From an uncultured bacterium (GTDB taxonomy: Bacteria > Acidobacteriota > Thermoanaerobaculia > Multivoradales > JAHZIX01), in the NCBI GenBank assembly GCA_965368975.1, contig CBDUPA010000002.1, positions 256,001 through 320,000 of the forward strand: a stretch of DNA of 64,000 nt, in the 5' to 3' direction. Below the pieces are notes generated by a model. That model did no database searches, was not told where the DNA came from, and was given only the letters and a program-made list of their open reading frames with translations. This document shows positions 11,222 through 21,840 of the stretch, piece after piece. Position numbers and translations under genes: made by a program. Numbering within the stretch: position 1 is the first letter of the stretch; each line of letters begins with the position of its first letter.

Positions 11222-11234
11222 CGGAACAGACGGC

Positions 11235-12143
11235 TCAGGCCATCACCGTTTCCAAGCGCTCGTGCACGTGCTCGGCCAGCCGGACTCGGTCGCGCATCGC
11301 GACAGCGGACTCCGGATCCACGTCCTCGAGCTGGCGACACGCGGCGAGGGCCTCTTCGATCCAGCCCGCCCGAAGGTAGATCTCGGCCAGCAACACACGC
11401 GAGGGCTGGTGCCCCGGATAGCGCTGCAGGAAGGGATTCAGCACTTCCACCGCTGCCTGGTAGGCCCCGCGGTCGAGCTGGTGCAGCGCCTGCCAGTACG
11501 GCCTCGGCAGCCGCATCCGCGGCACCATGCGCAGGCCGAGCAGTACCAGGATCATGAGGAAGAAGAGCGCCACGCCCGGCGTACCGCCGAAACTGAGCAG
11601 CAAGACAATCTGCAGCACCAGCAAGAAGGTCGGGAAGCGGAACGGCCGATCCTTGTGCACCACGAAACCGACGTTCGACGGCCAGTGCCGCAACTTCGAC
11701 TTGGCCACTTCGATCGCTGCCTCCAGCCGCTGCAAGAACTCGTCCTCCGCCTTGCCGCTGTGGTAGAGGTCCCACATCAACATCCCCGGCTGCGACCGGA
11801 TGCGTACTGTCCGCTCCGGAACCAACCACAAGACCATCCCCACCACCACTACGGCAATGCCGAGCAGCAAGATCCGCGGCGCCAGGTTCTCGAAGCGCGG
11901 ATCGTCCGGGAAGGCCTTGCCGAGCAACGCGTTGGCGATGAAGAGGGCGAAGAACAGCATCGACGGGAACATCAGCCATTTCGGATTGCGTGCTCGCGCC
12001 TCGTCGACGCGTAGCCACTCCACCGGCAGGTGGAAGATGAAGTCGGCGTGCAGCGTCCGAATGCGCCGGATCAGGAGCGTGCCGCGCAGCGTCGTGCTGG
12101 TGCGGTCCCAAGTGCGCAGCGTCAGAGCGTCGTCGGACTTCAT
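11235..12143 (-). CDS. Hypothetical membrane protein (~4 TM) with C-terminal TPR-like region
   Basis: Four hydrophobic stretches; C-terminal YWQALHQLDRGAYQAAVEVL...LLAEIYLRAGWIEEALAACRQL resembles TPR helices. Confidence 0.6.
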   Translation of the reverse strand: MKSDDALTLRTWDRTSTTLRGTLLIRRIRTLHADFIFHLPVEWLRVDEARARNPKWLMFPSMLFFALFIANALLGKAFPDDPRFENLAPRILLLGIAVVVVGMVLWLVPERTVRIRSQPGMLMWDLYHSGKAEDEFLQRLEAAIEVAKSKLRHWPSNVGFVVHKDRPFRFPTFLLVLQIVLLLSFGGTPGVALFFLMILVLLGLRMVPRMRLPRPYWQALHQLDRGAYQAAVEVLNPFLQRYPGHQPSRVLLAEIYLRAGWIEEALAACRQLEDVDPESAVAMRDRVRLAEHVHERLETVMA

Positions 12144-12276
12144 CGTGTCAGCTTAGCGTTTGGGTGGGAGTTTAGCCAACTGCGGTAGACTACCTACACA
12201 AGTTTTCACTACAGAGGACTCTCCGCGGCGTCCTCTAGCCTCTAGGACAGCTAAGATTAGATCGGAGTCATGAAAC

Positions 12277-12648
12277 ATGAAGGCGAACCCGCGAGTCTGG
12301 AATACTGTGCTAATGCTTGGCTTGTTTCTAAGTATATTTCTTGCCGGATGCAGGAACACTGATCCAAACCGCCAAGGCAGAAGCGAGATAGATGCTACGA
12401 CCGAGCAGAGTACGACACTGGAAGTCCACCTAGACTTAGTTGGCAAGCGTTATGGTCAAGGATGGGCTGAGATTTACCTTGATGGAGATCTGATAGGAGA
12501 CGTTCGTAACGACGATGACTCAGAATTCCTGATATCGGCCGGCAAACACACTCTCAGGGTGGAAGCAGACGGATTTGAGCCGGAAGAGGTAGAGTTCAGA
12601 GGTCTACCGGGCAATCGGCAGAAAATACAGTTCAGTCTCCACAAGTAG
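12277..12648 (+). CDS. Putative lipoprotein with PEGA-like beta domain
   Basis: Lipobox LAGC after a hydrophobic stretch; AEIYLDG..IG...ISAGKHTLRVEADGF is PEGA-like. Region is visibly AT-richer than its flanks. Confidence 0.6.
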   Translation: MKANPRVWNTVLMLGLFLSIFLAGCRNTDPNRQGRSEIDATTEQSTTLEVHLDLVGKRYGQGWAEIYLDGDLIGDVRNDDDSEFLISAGKHTLRVEADGFEPEEVEFRGLPGNRQKIQFSLHK

Positions 12649-12664
12649 GTCGCCAAAGGGCTGT

Positions 12665-13099
12665 CTACCAGTTTTGATTTGGTAAATTTGCCATAAAATT
12701 CTGAAACGGCTCACGCTGCTTCCAGCGATACGCATGAAAGTCTCGCTCATCCGTCGACAGAATCCGCCCGTGCCCAAGGCGCTCCGCCAGAAGCACCAAG
12801 GACGCGTCGGCTAGGTCCATCGGCAGATCCGCGTACTTCCGCATCAACTCAGTGATGCGTAGGCCCATGTGCCGCTGCAGTTCGAAAATCTCGAAGCCAC
12901 CGGCGGAGTAGCTCGCCAGAAAGCGACTTTGACTTTCCGTTCCGAGCCGATTCAACAAGAGGTGACAGGTCTCAGTCACGACAGGCCAGGTCGTGATAAG
13001 CGGCTCGTCGATAGCGTCCATCCAAGCTACGGCGCGCTGATGATGACGATCGCGGGGGCTGGCCAAGGCAACCCAGAACCCTGTGTCAGCGATGATCAT
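12665..13099 (-). CDS. vapC: VapC/PIN-domain toxin
   Basis: MIIADTGFWVAL...D.HH, TWPVVTE, PMDLADASLV, ILSTDERDF PIN acidic motifs. Confidence 0.9.
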   Translation of the reverse strand: MIIADTGFWVALASPRDRHHQRAVAWMDAIDEPLITTWPVVTETCHLLLNRLGTESQSRFLASYSAGGFEIFELQRHMGLRITELMRKYADLPMDLADASLVLLAERLGHGRILSTDERDFHAYRWKQREPFQNFMANLPNQNW

Positions 13100-13343
13100 G
13101 CTTGGCTCGCAGAACCTCCTTCAACTCGTCTTTGTAGCGAGTCGAGAGTTCCGGGTCTGCATCGCCACCGGACCCCACGAAGCCGGAACCGCGAAGAATC
13201 TCTGCCGGCCGAGCGCAGCGATACTGGTCGAAGTAGACGTCCAAAGCGCGTTTGAGGATCTCACTGGTCCCCAGCTGAGTTGCTGAGCGCAGGAATTCCA
13301 GTTTCTGGGATCGATCTTCATCAAAACGGGCGCTGATTCTCAT
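13086..13343 (-). CDS. Ribbon-helix-helix (CopG-like) antitoxin
   Basis: MRISARFDEDRSQKLEFLRSATQLGTSEILKRALDVY has an RHH pattern; overlaps the toxin start; SD CAGGAG upstream of ATG 13343. Confidence 0.8.
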   Translation of the reverse strand: MRISARFDEDRSQKLEFLRSATQLGTSEILKRALDVYFDQYRCARPAEILRGSGFVGSGGDADPELSTRYKDELKEVLRAKHDHR

Positions 13344-13377
13344 GACGTCTCCTGCTGGGAACGGTGCCGGCAACTCC

Positions 13378-13404
13378 TGTCCGACAAGCGTCGGACATAG
13401 TATA
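13378..13404 (-). promoter_or_regulatory. TA promoter -10 (TATACT) and adjacent palindromic operator
   Basis: Perfect inverted repeat TGTCCGAC-AAGC-GTCGGACA (13378-13397) directly downstream of minus-strand TATACT (13404-13399), the position expected for antitoxin autorepression. Confidence 0.6.
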
Positions 13405-13557
13405 CCCCAGGCACCACAGCCCTTGCCCACCTCCACTCCCTGCCTTAGACTCCATGAGAGATCCAGGCAATCTCGCACCCACGCCACTCACTCCAAGGAC
13501 ACTCCGACTCGAATTCAACACCAGCTCCGGACAAAAGCCGGAGGGAAGGAACGCCGC

Positions 13558-14591
13558 ATGGAACCCGTACGCATCGGCTTGATGGGGTTCGGAAGAATCG
13601 GTCGCAACATCTTCCGCATCCTGTACAAGAGCGACGACTTACGCATACAAGCGATCAGCGACCTGGCCAGTGACGACGCGCTGGCTTATCTGCTGCGCTT
13701 CGACACTGTGCTCGGCCGCTTTCCGGACGAGCTCAGCGCCCGCGACGGCCAGCTGTACGTCTATGGCCGGCAGATCCCGCTGGTCAAGACCAAGCAGCCC
13801 GGAGAGATCCCCTGGGGAGACCTGGGGGTCGACGTGGTAGTGGAAGCGACGGCGCGCAATCGAACGCGCGCGGATCTCGAGAAGCACCTGGAGATGGGGG
13901 CCAAGCGGGTGATCCTGTGTAGCCCCCCGGCGGAGGAGCCGGACTTCACGGCGATCGCCGGTATCAACGATCACCGCCTCAAGGCTGAGCACAAGATCGT
14001 CTCGAACGCCTCGAGCACCGCGCACTGCATCGCACCGGTGCTCCAGCTGCTGGACGAGGCATTCGGCATCGAGCGCGCGTTTCTCAATTCGGTGCACGCC
14101 TACACCAACCAACAACGCCTCGCCGACGTGCCCGCGGAGGACATGCGACGCGGACGAGCCGCGGCGGAGAACATCATCCCGCAGGCGACCAACGCGGCGA
14201 GCCTCTTGATGAAGCTGTTCCCGCATCTGGCGAGCAAGATCAGCGGCATGGCGATGAACGTGCCGATCCCGGACGGCTCGGTGGTCGACCTGGTGTGCTG
14301 GCACAAGAAGCCTGTGACGACAGAGGCGATCAACGAGGTGGTGCGCACGGGGGCTTCGGCGCGCTGGCCAGGAATCCTCGGGTACGAGGATCAGCCGGTG
14401 GTGTCGAGCGACATCGTCCACACCTCCTACTCGGGCATCTTCGACTCGCTGGCCACGGAGGTCCTCGGCAACAAGATGTCCAAGACGCTGAGCTGGTATG
14501 ACAACGGTTGGGGCTACGCCCACCGAGCGGTGGAATTGATCCGGCACTTCTCCAAACTGGACCAGGCCGAACTGGACCAGGAGGCAGCGTG

Positions 14592-14592
<1 letters not shown>
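13558..14592 (+). CDS. GAPDH-like protein lacking the catalytic cysteine (putative pseudoenzyme)
   Basis: GFGRIGR Rossmann motif, HAYT, RAAAENIIP and WYDN are present, but the active site reads SNASSTAHC instead of SNASCTTNC. Confidence 0.88.
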
Positions 14593-15595
<1,003 letters not shown>

Positions 15596-15599
<4 letters not shown>

Positions 15600-15946
15600 G
15601 AGTCGTCGACCCGCGGTTCCCGATGCAGGCGCCGATGCACCCAACGCCGAAGTCGTAGCACCCTGCGCCACGACTTCGGCGAAAGGCTGAACAGGCGCCG
15701 CAGCAGCTTGTAGATCCCCTCGCTGACCAGAGACAGTACGGCGGTGGCGAGGAACAGCATCACCCAGCCTTGCAGCACGGGCAACGCCATGCCGGCGAGG
15801 CCGAGAAGCACCAGGAACCAGCCGAGCACCCACAGCACGAGGCGTTTCCAAGTTGGCAGCGGCGGCAGCGTATGGCGGCGCGCGCCACGACGGGTCGCGG
15901 TGGAGGATGCAGCATCCTCGGCTCCGGGCGCTTCGGGAGCAGGCAT
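15596..15946 (-). CDS. Small membrane protein, PGPGW-like family
   Basis: LGWFLVLLGLAGMALPVLQGWVMLFLA hairpin followed by a basic amphipathic tail; TAAGCT 6 nt upstream of ATG. Confidence 0.65.
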
Positions 15947-16087
15947 GGCACAAGCTTACTATGCCAAGTGTCCTCCTCTCAGCAGAGGTCTCGCTGCCGC
16001 ATGCTGGGCCACAGCGGAATCCGAGCCGGGATCGAGGTGGAGCAGTTGACATACCGGACCGAATAAGTCCACAATAAGCTCACCCTG

Positions 16088-16116
16088 TTGAGATCGAGTC
16101 TCAATATAGGTAGACT
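16088..16116 (+). promoter_or_regulatory. sigma70-like promoter of fur overlapped by a Fur-box-like palindrome
   Basis: TTGAGA(16088)-N17-TAGACT(16111); 15-bp TGAGATC-G-AGTCTCA (16089-16103) resembles the 7-1-7 Fur box TGATAAT-N-ATTATCA. Confidence 0.6.
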
Positions 16117-16184
16117 ATCTGGGTTGCGACCAACCCGAGCCTTCGCAACGATACCGACATTCTCAAGACCAGCACCACCACGAG

Positions 16185-16736
16185 ATGAGCCACGGCACCG
16201 AGCGGGAACAGTTCTTGGCCTTTCTGCGCCAGCGAGGTATGCGAGTCACCTCCGAGCGGCTGGCCCTGCTCGAAGAGATCTACAACCACCACGACCACAT
16301 CGACGCCGAGGCCCTCTTGGCTGCAATGCAGAGCAAGGGTTTGAAGATCTCGCGCGCCACCGTGTACCGTAATCTCGACCTGCTCGTGGAATGCGGCTTG
16401 GTGCGCAAGCAGCGCCTGGGACGCAATCGTTTTCTCTACGAACACGTACACCCCGGCCAGCGTCACGACCACCTCGTCTGCCGCGAGTGCGGGCGCGTGG
16501 TCGAGTTCGTCAGTCCCGGTATCGCCGCCATGCAGGCGGAGATCTGCCGCGCTCACGGCTTCGTTCCTGGCGAGTTTGCCCTCCAGATCCAGGGTCTTTG
16601 CAACGCCTGCGCGGCGACACCGCGCGGTGAGCAACCGACCGCCGAAATGGTCAAGGCCGCGGACGAAGCTGCTCGCCCTGCACCGCGCTCACCAGCCATG
16701 GAGTGGCTGGAGAAGCGCTTGGGGCAAGGAGCTTGA
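16185..16736 (+). CDS. fur: Fur-family transcriptional regulator
   Basis: G.RVT.ER, H.DAE, ISRATVYRNLDLL, HDHLVCRECG.V.EF, GLCNAC; heads an iron-uptake operon. Confidence 0.92.
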   Translation: MSHGTEREQFLAFLRQRGMRVTSERLALLEEIYNHHDHIDAEALLAAMQSKGLKISRATVYRNLDLLVECGLVRKQRLGRNRFLYEHVHPGQRHDHLVCRECGRVVEFVSPGIAAMQAEICRAHGFVPGEFALQIQGLCNACAATPRGEQPTAEMVKAADEAARPAPRSPAMEWLEKRLGQGA

Positions 16737-16763
16737 GTTTCGACTCGGTCGACCGCCGAGCTT

Positions 16764-16786
16764 CGAGAACCGTTCTCACTTACGAT
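16764..16786 (+). promoter_or_regulatory. Fur-box-like palindrome and -10 upstream of the TonB-dependent receptor
   Basis: CGAGAAC-C-GTTCTCA (16764-16778), a near-perfect 7-1-7 palindrome, followed by TACGAT (16781-16786). Confidence 0.6.
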
Positions 16787-16803
16787 CCTCCAGAGGAAGA
16801 CCA

Positions 16804-19101
16804 ATGACACCCCAGGACCTGTACCGTGCGGCCGGCACCGCCTTGAGCATCGCTCTCGTCGCCGGCTCCGTGGCCAGCCTCGCCCAACCGGCACCGGCGG
16901 CACCCGAACCAGCTGAGACCATGACAGCGGAGACGACGAGTACGACCGATCCGCAGGAGCCGAGCCGAGCCCAAGAACTTCAGGACGCGATCTACGAGCG
17001 TGTCAGTGTGGTGGGAGAGGGCGAGCGCGCCGAGCGCATTCCCGGCTCCGCTCGGCGCTTGAGCAGCGAGGATCTGGAGCTCCAGAAGTACTCGGATGTG
17101 CAGCGCGTGCTGCGTCAGATTCCGGGGGTCAACCTGCAGGACGAAGAAGGCTATGGCCTGCGCCCCAACATCGGCATCCGAGGCACCGGCGTGGAGCGGA
17201 GCCAGAAGATAACCGTGCTGGAAGACGGCGTGCTGATCGCCCCCGCACCCTACACGGCGCCTGCGGCGTACTACTTCCCGACGGTCGGGCGCATGCAGGC
17301 CGTGGAGGTACGCAAGGGCTCCGCGGCGATCCAGCAGGGTCCCTACACCAATGGAGGTGCCCTCAACCTGGTGTCGCGCCAGATCCCGACCGGCGGACTC
17401 GACGGCCATGTCGAAGCGGCGGCCGGTGGTGACGAAACCCGCCGCCTGCACGCCTACATCGGTGACTCGTACGATCGCTTCGGCTGGATGGTCGAGACCT
17501 ACCACCTGGAGACCGATGGCTTCAAGGATCTCGACGGAGGCGGCGACACCGGCTTCGACCTGCGCGACTACCTGGTCAAGCTGCAGTTGCACAGCGCGCC
17601 CGACGCGGCGCTCGAGCAGTACCTGGAACTCAAGCTCGGGCGCACCGAGCAGAGCGGCCACGAAACCTACCTCGGCCTGACCGAGAGCGACTTCCGCGCC
17701 GACCCGTTCCGCCGCTACGCCGCCTCGGCCGCCGACCGGATCGACGCCGAGCACGAGCAAATCCAGCTGCGCCACTTCGTGCGCTTGGGCGAGAACCTCG
17801 ACCTGACGACCACGGTCTACGCCAACGACTTCTACCGCGACTGGTTCAAGAACGAGCGGGTCGACGGCATCAGCAACGCGTCGATCCTGGCCGACCCACA
17901 GCGCTACGCCGAGCAGCTGGCCATCCTGCGCGGTGAGCGCGACAGCGCCGTCGGCGCCCTCACCTTGCGTCACAACCAGCGCGACTACCAGTCGCGCGGT
18001 GTCCAGTCGATGTTCACCTGGGCCTTGCACGCGGGGCGCACCGAGCACCAGCTGGAGATCGGTGTGCGCTATCACGAGGACGAGGAAGACCGATTCCAGC
18101 GCGACGATCTCTACCAGATTCTCGGCGGTGACCTGGTGCTCAGCCAGGCCGGCGCACCGGGTAGCCAGACCAACCGTCTGAGTGACGCTGAAGCCGTGGC
18201 GCTGTTCCTGCAGGACGAGATGCAGTTGGGCCGCTTCAACCTGACCACCGGCGTGCGCTTCGAGAGCATCGACTACGTGCGTCGCGACTACAGCACTTCC
18301 GACCCGACGCGCGAGCTCGGCCCGACGCGGGTGCGCCGCAACGGTGTCGACGTCGTGATCCCCGGGGTCGGCCTGGGGTATGAGCTGAGCGCTGCGAACT
18401 ATATGTTCCTGGGCGTCCACAAGGGCTTCTCACCGCCGGGTCCCGGCAGCAGCGAGGATACGCAGGAGGAAGAGAGCTGGAACTACGAACTCGGCTGGCG
18501 TCACAGCGCCGGACGCCTCAGCTTCGAGGCCATCGGCTTCTACAGCGACTACGACAACCTGCTCGGCCGCGAGACCGTCTCCGGCGGTGGTGATGCCGAC
18601 AGCGAGTTGTTCAACGGTGGCGCGGTCGAAGTGCGCGGACTCGAACTGTCTCTGCAGACCAGCTTCAACAACACCCACTTCGCCTTCCCACTACGTGCCG
18701 CCTACACCTGGACGCAGGCCGAATTCCAGAGCAGCTTCGCGACCAGCTTCGCCGACTGGGCACCCCGCGTCGACGTCGGCGACGAGCTGCCGTACCTGCC
18801 GCAGCATCAGTTCAGCCTGGGTACCGGCATCGTGGCCGCCAACTGGGGGCTGCACCTGGACGTCAACTTCGTCGCCGAGACCCGGGCACGCGCCGGTTCG
18901 GGGCCGATTCCGGCTGATCAGCGGATCGACGATCGAGTGCTCTTCGACCTGTCAGCGGACTACACCCTCTTCGAACACTTCAAGGTTTTCGCCCAGCTGC
19001 GCAACGTGACCGACGAGACCTACATCGTCGCCCGGCGTCCCTACGGTGTCCGCCCCGGTCTGCCCCGCACGCTGATGGTGGGCCTGTCCTTCGACTTCTG
19101 A
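16804..19101 (+). CDS. TonB-dependent receptor (FecA-like iron transporter)
   Basis: Signal peptide; plug L..IPGVN..E.G.GLRPNIGIRG...LEDGV, EVRKG..A...GP...GGALN; C-terminal N.TDE.Y...PGLPRT..VGLSFDF. Confidence 0.93.
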   Translation: MTPQDLYRAAGTALSIALVAGSVASLAQPAPAAPEPAETMTAETTSTTDPQEPSRAQELQDAIYERVSVVGEGERAERIPGSARRLSSEDLELQKYSDVQRVLRQIPGVNLQDEEGYGLRPNIGIRGTGVERSQKITVLEDGVLIAPAPYTAPAAYYFPTVGRMQAVEVRKGSAAIQQGPYTNGGALNLVSRQIPTGGLDGHVEAAAGGDETRRLHAYIGDSYDRFGWMVETYHLETDGFKDLDGGGDTGFDLRDYLVKLQLHSAPDAALEQYLELKLGRTEQSGHETYLGLTESDFRADPFRRYAASAADRIDAEHEQIQLRHFVRLGENLDLTTTVYANDFYRDWFKNERVDGISNASILADPQRYAEQLAILRGERDSAVGALTLRHNQRDYQSRGVQSMFTWALHAGRTEHQLEIGVRYHEDEEDRFQRDDLYQILGGDLVLSQAGAPGSQTNRLSDAEAVALFLQDEMQLGRFNLTTGVRFESIDYVRRDYSTSDPTRELGPTRVRRNGVDVVIPGVGLGYELSAANYMFLGVHKGFSPPGPGSSEDTQEEESWNYELGWRHSAGRLSFEAIGFYSDYDNLLGRETVSGGGDADSELFNGGAVEVRGLELSLQTSFNNTHFAFPLRAAYTWTQAEFQSSFATSFADWAPRVDVGDELPYLPQHQFSLGTGIVAANWGLHLDVNFVAETRARAGSGPIPADQRIDDRVLFDLSADYTLFEHFKVFAQLRNVTDETYIVARRPYGVRPGLPRTLMVGLSFDF

Positions 19102-19159
19102 TCGCTTCCTTTCCAACTGGCTTTCTCGACTGGCCTTTCCCGACTGGAGTGACTCGACC

Positions 19160-20209
19160 ATGACTCGTACTTCCGTAACCTCCCGCCCCTCGTTCCTCGC
19201 CCTCGCTGCCACCCTGGCGGCCATGCTGCTGACCAGCCTGCTCGCTTGCGGGCAAGCGCCAGCTCCCTCGAGCGACGAGGCTGAAGCCACGACGCTGGTC
19301 GTCTACTCCGGCCGCAATGAGAACCTCGTCGGTCCGCTGCTGAACACCTTCGAGGAGCAGAGCGGCATCACCGTCGAGGTCCGCTACGGCGGCACCGCCG
19401 AACTGGCCGCGGCGCTGCTCGAAGAGGGAGCTGCGACACCCGCTGACGTCTACATCTCGCAAGACGCCGCGGCGCTCGGCAAGCTGTCCGCCGCCGGCAT
19501 GCTGCAGGCCTTGCCCGGCGAAATCCTGGAGCGCATTCCCGCCCGCTTCACCTCGCCCCAAGGCGCCTGGATAGGCTTGTCCGGCCGCGCACGCACACTG
19601 GTCTACAACACCGAGCGCATGACCGTCGACGAGCTGCCCAAGACGCTGGCGGAGGTCGCCGACGAGCGCTTCCTCGGCCGCTTCGGCATCGCGCCGACCA
19701 ACGCCTCCCTGCAGGCGCACCTGGCGGTCTACGCTGCCGAACACGGTAGCGATGCCCTGGCCGAGGTGTTGCAAGGAATCGCTGACAACGAGCCGCAGTT
19801 CTACCCCAAGAACACGCCGATCGTCGAAGCCGTGATCAACGGTGAGATCGACTTCGGCTTGGTCAATCACTACTACCTGTGGCGCGCCTTGCAGGCTCGG
19901 CCCGATGCGCCGGCCGCCAACCACTTCCCGGAAACGGACGGCTTCGTCAACGTCGCTGGCGCCGGCATTCTGGAGGGCACCGAACAGCGCGATGCCGCCG
20001 AACAACTCCTGCGCTTCCTGGTCTCCGACTCGGCACAGCAGTACTTCGCACAGGAGACCTTCGAGTACCCGCTGGCCGAGGGCATCCTGCCGGCCGCCGA
20101 GCTGCCAGCGATTGAAACTGTCGCCTCGCCGGCGGTCGATTTCCGCCAGGTCGCCGAACTGCTCGAGAACGCGCAGACGCAGCTACGGGACAGCGGCCTG
20201 CTCCCTTGA
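19160..20209 (+). CDS. Fe(III) ABC transporter substrate-binding lipoprotein (FbpA/SfuA type)
   Basis: Lipobox LLAC; LVVYSGR.E, TPADV, GLSGRAR, VNHYY (tandem Tyr iron ligands). Confidence 0.9.
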   Translation: MTRTSVTSRPSFLALAATLAAMLLTSLLACGQAPAPSSDEAEATTLVVYSGRNENLVGPLLNTFEEQSGITVEVRYGGTAELAAALLEEGAATPADVYISQDAAALGKLSAAGMLQALPGEILERIPARFTSPQGAWIGLSGRARTLVYNTERMTVDELPKTLAEVADERFLGRFGIAPTNASLQAHLAVYAAEHGSDALAEVLQGIADNEPQFYPKNTPIVEAVINGEIDFGLVNHYYLWRALQARPDAPAANHFPETDGFVNVAGAGILEGTEQRDAAEQLLRFLVSDSAQQYFAQETFEYPLAEGILPAAELPAIETVASPAVDFRQVAELLENAQTQLRDSGLLP

Positions 20210-20219
20210 TCGCCCCATC

Positions 20220-21830
20220 ATGATCAGGTTGTCGACGCAGCCGTGGCGCTGGGCCATCGCCGTTCCCGCGACGCTGGTCGCGGCGCTGGTCCTCGTGCCG
20301 CTGGCCTATGTCTTTCTGCGTGCCGGTGAAGCCGGCTGGTCGACGTATCTCGACCACGTCCTCGCTGCCGGCACCGGCCGGCTGCTGAGCCAGACGCTGC
20401 TGTTGATCGCCGGTGTCCTGACGCTGGCCCTACTGGTCGCAGTGCCGCTCGCCTGGCTGGTCGCGCGCACCGACCTGCCGGGCCGACGCCTGTGGGCCGT
20501 GCTCGCCGCGCTGCCACTGGTGTTCCCATCCTATGTCGCCGCCTTCACGCTAGTGGCGGCGCTGGGCCCGCGGGGCTACGCACAAGGCTGGCTGGCGCCG
20601 CTCGGGGTCGATCGACTGCCGCCGTGGATCTACGGCTACACAGGAGCGCTGCTGGCCCTGGCGATGTTCACCTATCCATACATCTACCTGCTACTCGTCT
20701 CCGCCCTGCGCGGCTTGGACCCAGCCTACGAAGAGAGTGCTCGGGCCTGTGGCCACGGCCGCTGGCGCGCCTTTTTCCAGATCGTCCTGCCGCAGCTGCG
20801 CCCGGCCCTCTACAGCGGCGGCCTGCTGGTGGTGCTCTACACCATCTCGGACTTCGGTGCCGTCTCGATCACGCGCTACAACACCTTCACCGTGTCGATC
20901 TACAACGCCTATCAGGCCATGTTCGACCGCACCGCCGCCGCCGCGCTGGCCAGCGTGCTGGTGCTGATCAGCCTCGGTTTCCTGGCCCTGGAAGCCGGCC
21001 TGCTGCGACGCGTGCGGCCCGTGCTGCGTCGGCCGGCACGACGTGCCACGCCCGTGCCGCTGGGTCCTTGGCGTCTACCTTCCTTGTTCTTTGCCGGTGC
21101 CGTCGCCAGCTTCAGCGTGTTGTTGCCGATCGCGGTGATCGGTTACTGGGTGGTGCAGGTCTGGCTCGGCGGAACCACGACCGTCCTGCTCAGCAGCAAC
21201 CATCTCGACGTCACCGACGAGGCGCTGCGCTCGCTACTGGTGTCATCGCTCGCAGCTGGGGCGTCCGTGCTCCTCGCGGTTCCGGTCGCCGTCTGGGCCG
21301 TACGCTGGCGCAGTCGTCCGGCGCGCCTGGTCGAGCGCCTCGCCTCCACCGGCTACGCATTGCCCGGCCTGGTCATCGCGCTGTCCCTGGTCTTCTTCGG
21401 CGCGCGCTACGCCCGGCCGCTCTACCAGACGCTCACCCTCTTGGTGGTGGCTTACGTCATCCGCTTCCTTCCCGAGGCTCTGGCCGCGACGCGCTCCGCC
21501 CTGCTCGCCATCTCACCGCGCTTCGAAGAAGCCGCCCGCAGCCTTGGCCGTGGTGGCTTCACGGTGCTACGCACCCTCACCCTGCCACTCATGCGCCGAG
21601 GCCTGTTGGCGGGCGCCGGATTGGTCTTCCTGACGGCCATGAAGGAACTGCCCGCGACTCTGCTGCTGCGCCCGATCGGCTTCGACACCCTGGCCGTGCG
21701 CATCTGGACCGACGCCTCCGAAGGTATCTATGCCGCGGCAGCGATTCCGTCGCTGCTCTTGGTGCTGGTCTCCGCGCCGCCGGTCTACTTCCTGGTCATT
21801 CGTCCGGCGCTGGCCGAACGCCACAGCTGA
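20220..21830 (+). CDS. Fe(III) ABC transporter permease (FbpB type)
   Basis: Multi-TM with two EAA loops (LDPAYEESARACG, FEEAARSLG) and MKELPATLLLRP.GF.TLA. Confidence 0.92.
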   Translation: MIRLSTQPWRWAIAVPATLVAALVLVPLAYVFLRAGEAGWSTYLDHVLAAGTGRLLSQTLLLIAGVLTLALLVAVPLAWLVARTDLPGRRLWAVLAALPLVFPSYVAAFTLVAALGPRGYAQGWLAPLGVDRLPPWIYGYTGALLALAMFTYPYIYLLLVSALRGLDPAYEESARACGHGRWRAFFQIVLPQLRPALYSGGLLVVLYTISDFGAVSITRYNTFTVSIYNAYQAMFDRTAAAALASVLVLISLGFLALEAGLLRRVRPVLRRPARRATPVPLGPWRLPSLFFAGAVASFSVLLPIAVIGYWVVQVWLGGTTTVLLSSNHLDVTDEALRSLLVSSLAAGASVLLAVPVAVWAVRWRSRPARLVERLASTGYALPGLVIALSLVFFGARYARPLYQTLTLLVVAYVIRFLPEALAATRSALLAISPRFEEAARSLGRGGFTVLRTLTLPLMRRGLLAGAGLVFLTAMKELPATLLLRPIGFDTLAVRIWTDASEGIYAAAAIPSLLLVLVSAPPVYFLVIRPALAERHS

Positions 21831-21840
21831 AAGGCGAAGC

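Noticed and set aside
13430-13535. Several ACTCC pentamers upstream of the gap pair
   Set aside because: They are short and irregularly spaced, and GGA would be on the non-coding strand for gap, so they cannot be distinguished from chance.
12150-13550. Mobile element call for the TA-containing islet
   Set aside because: No transposase, integrase, terminal inverted repeats or target duplication were seen.
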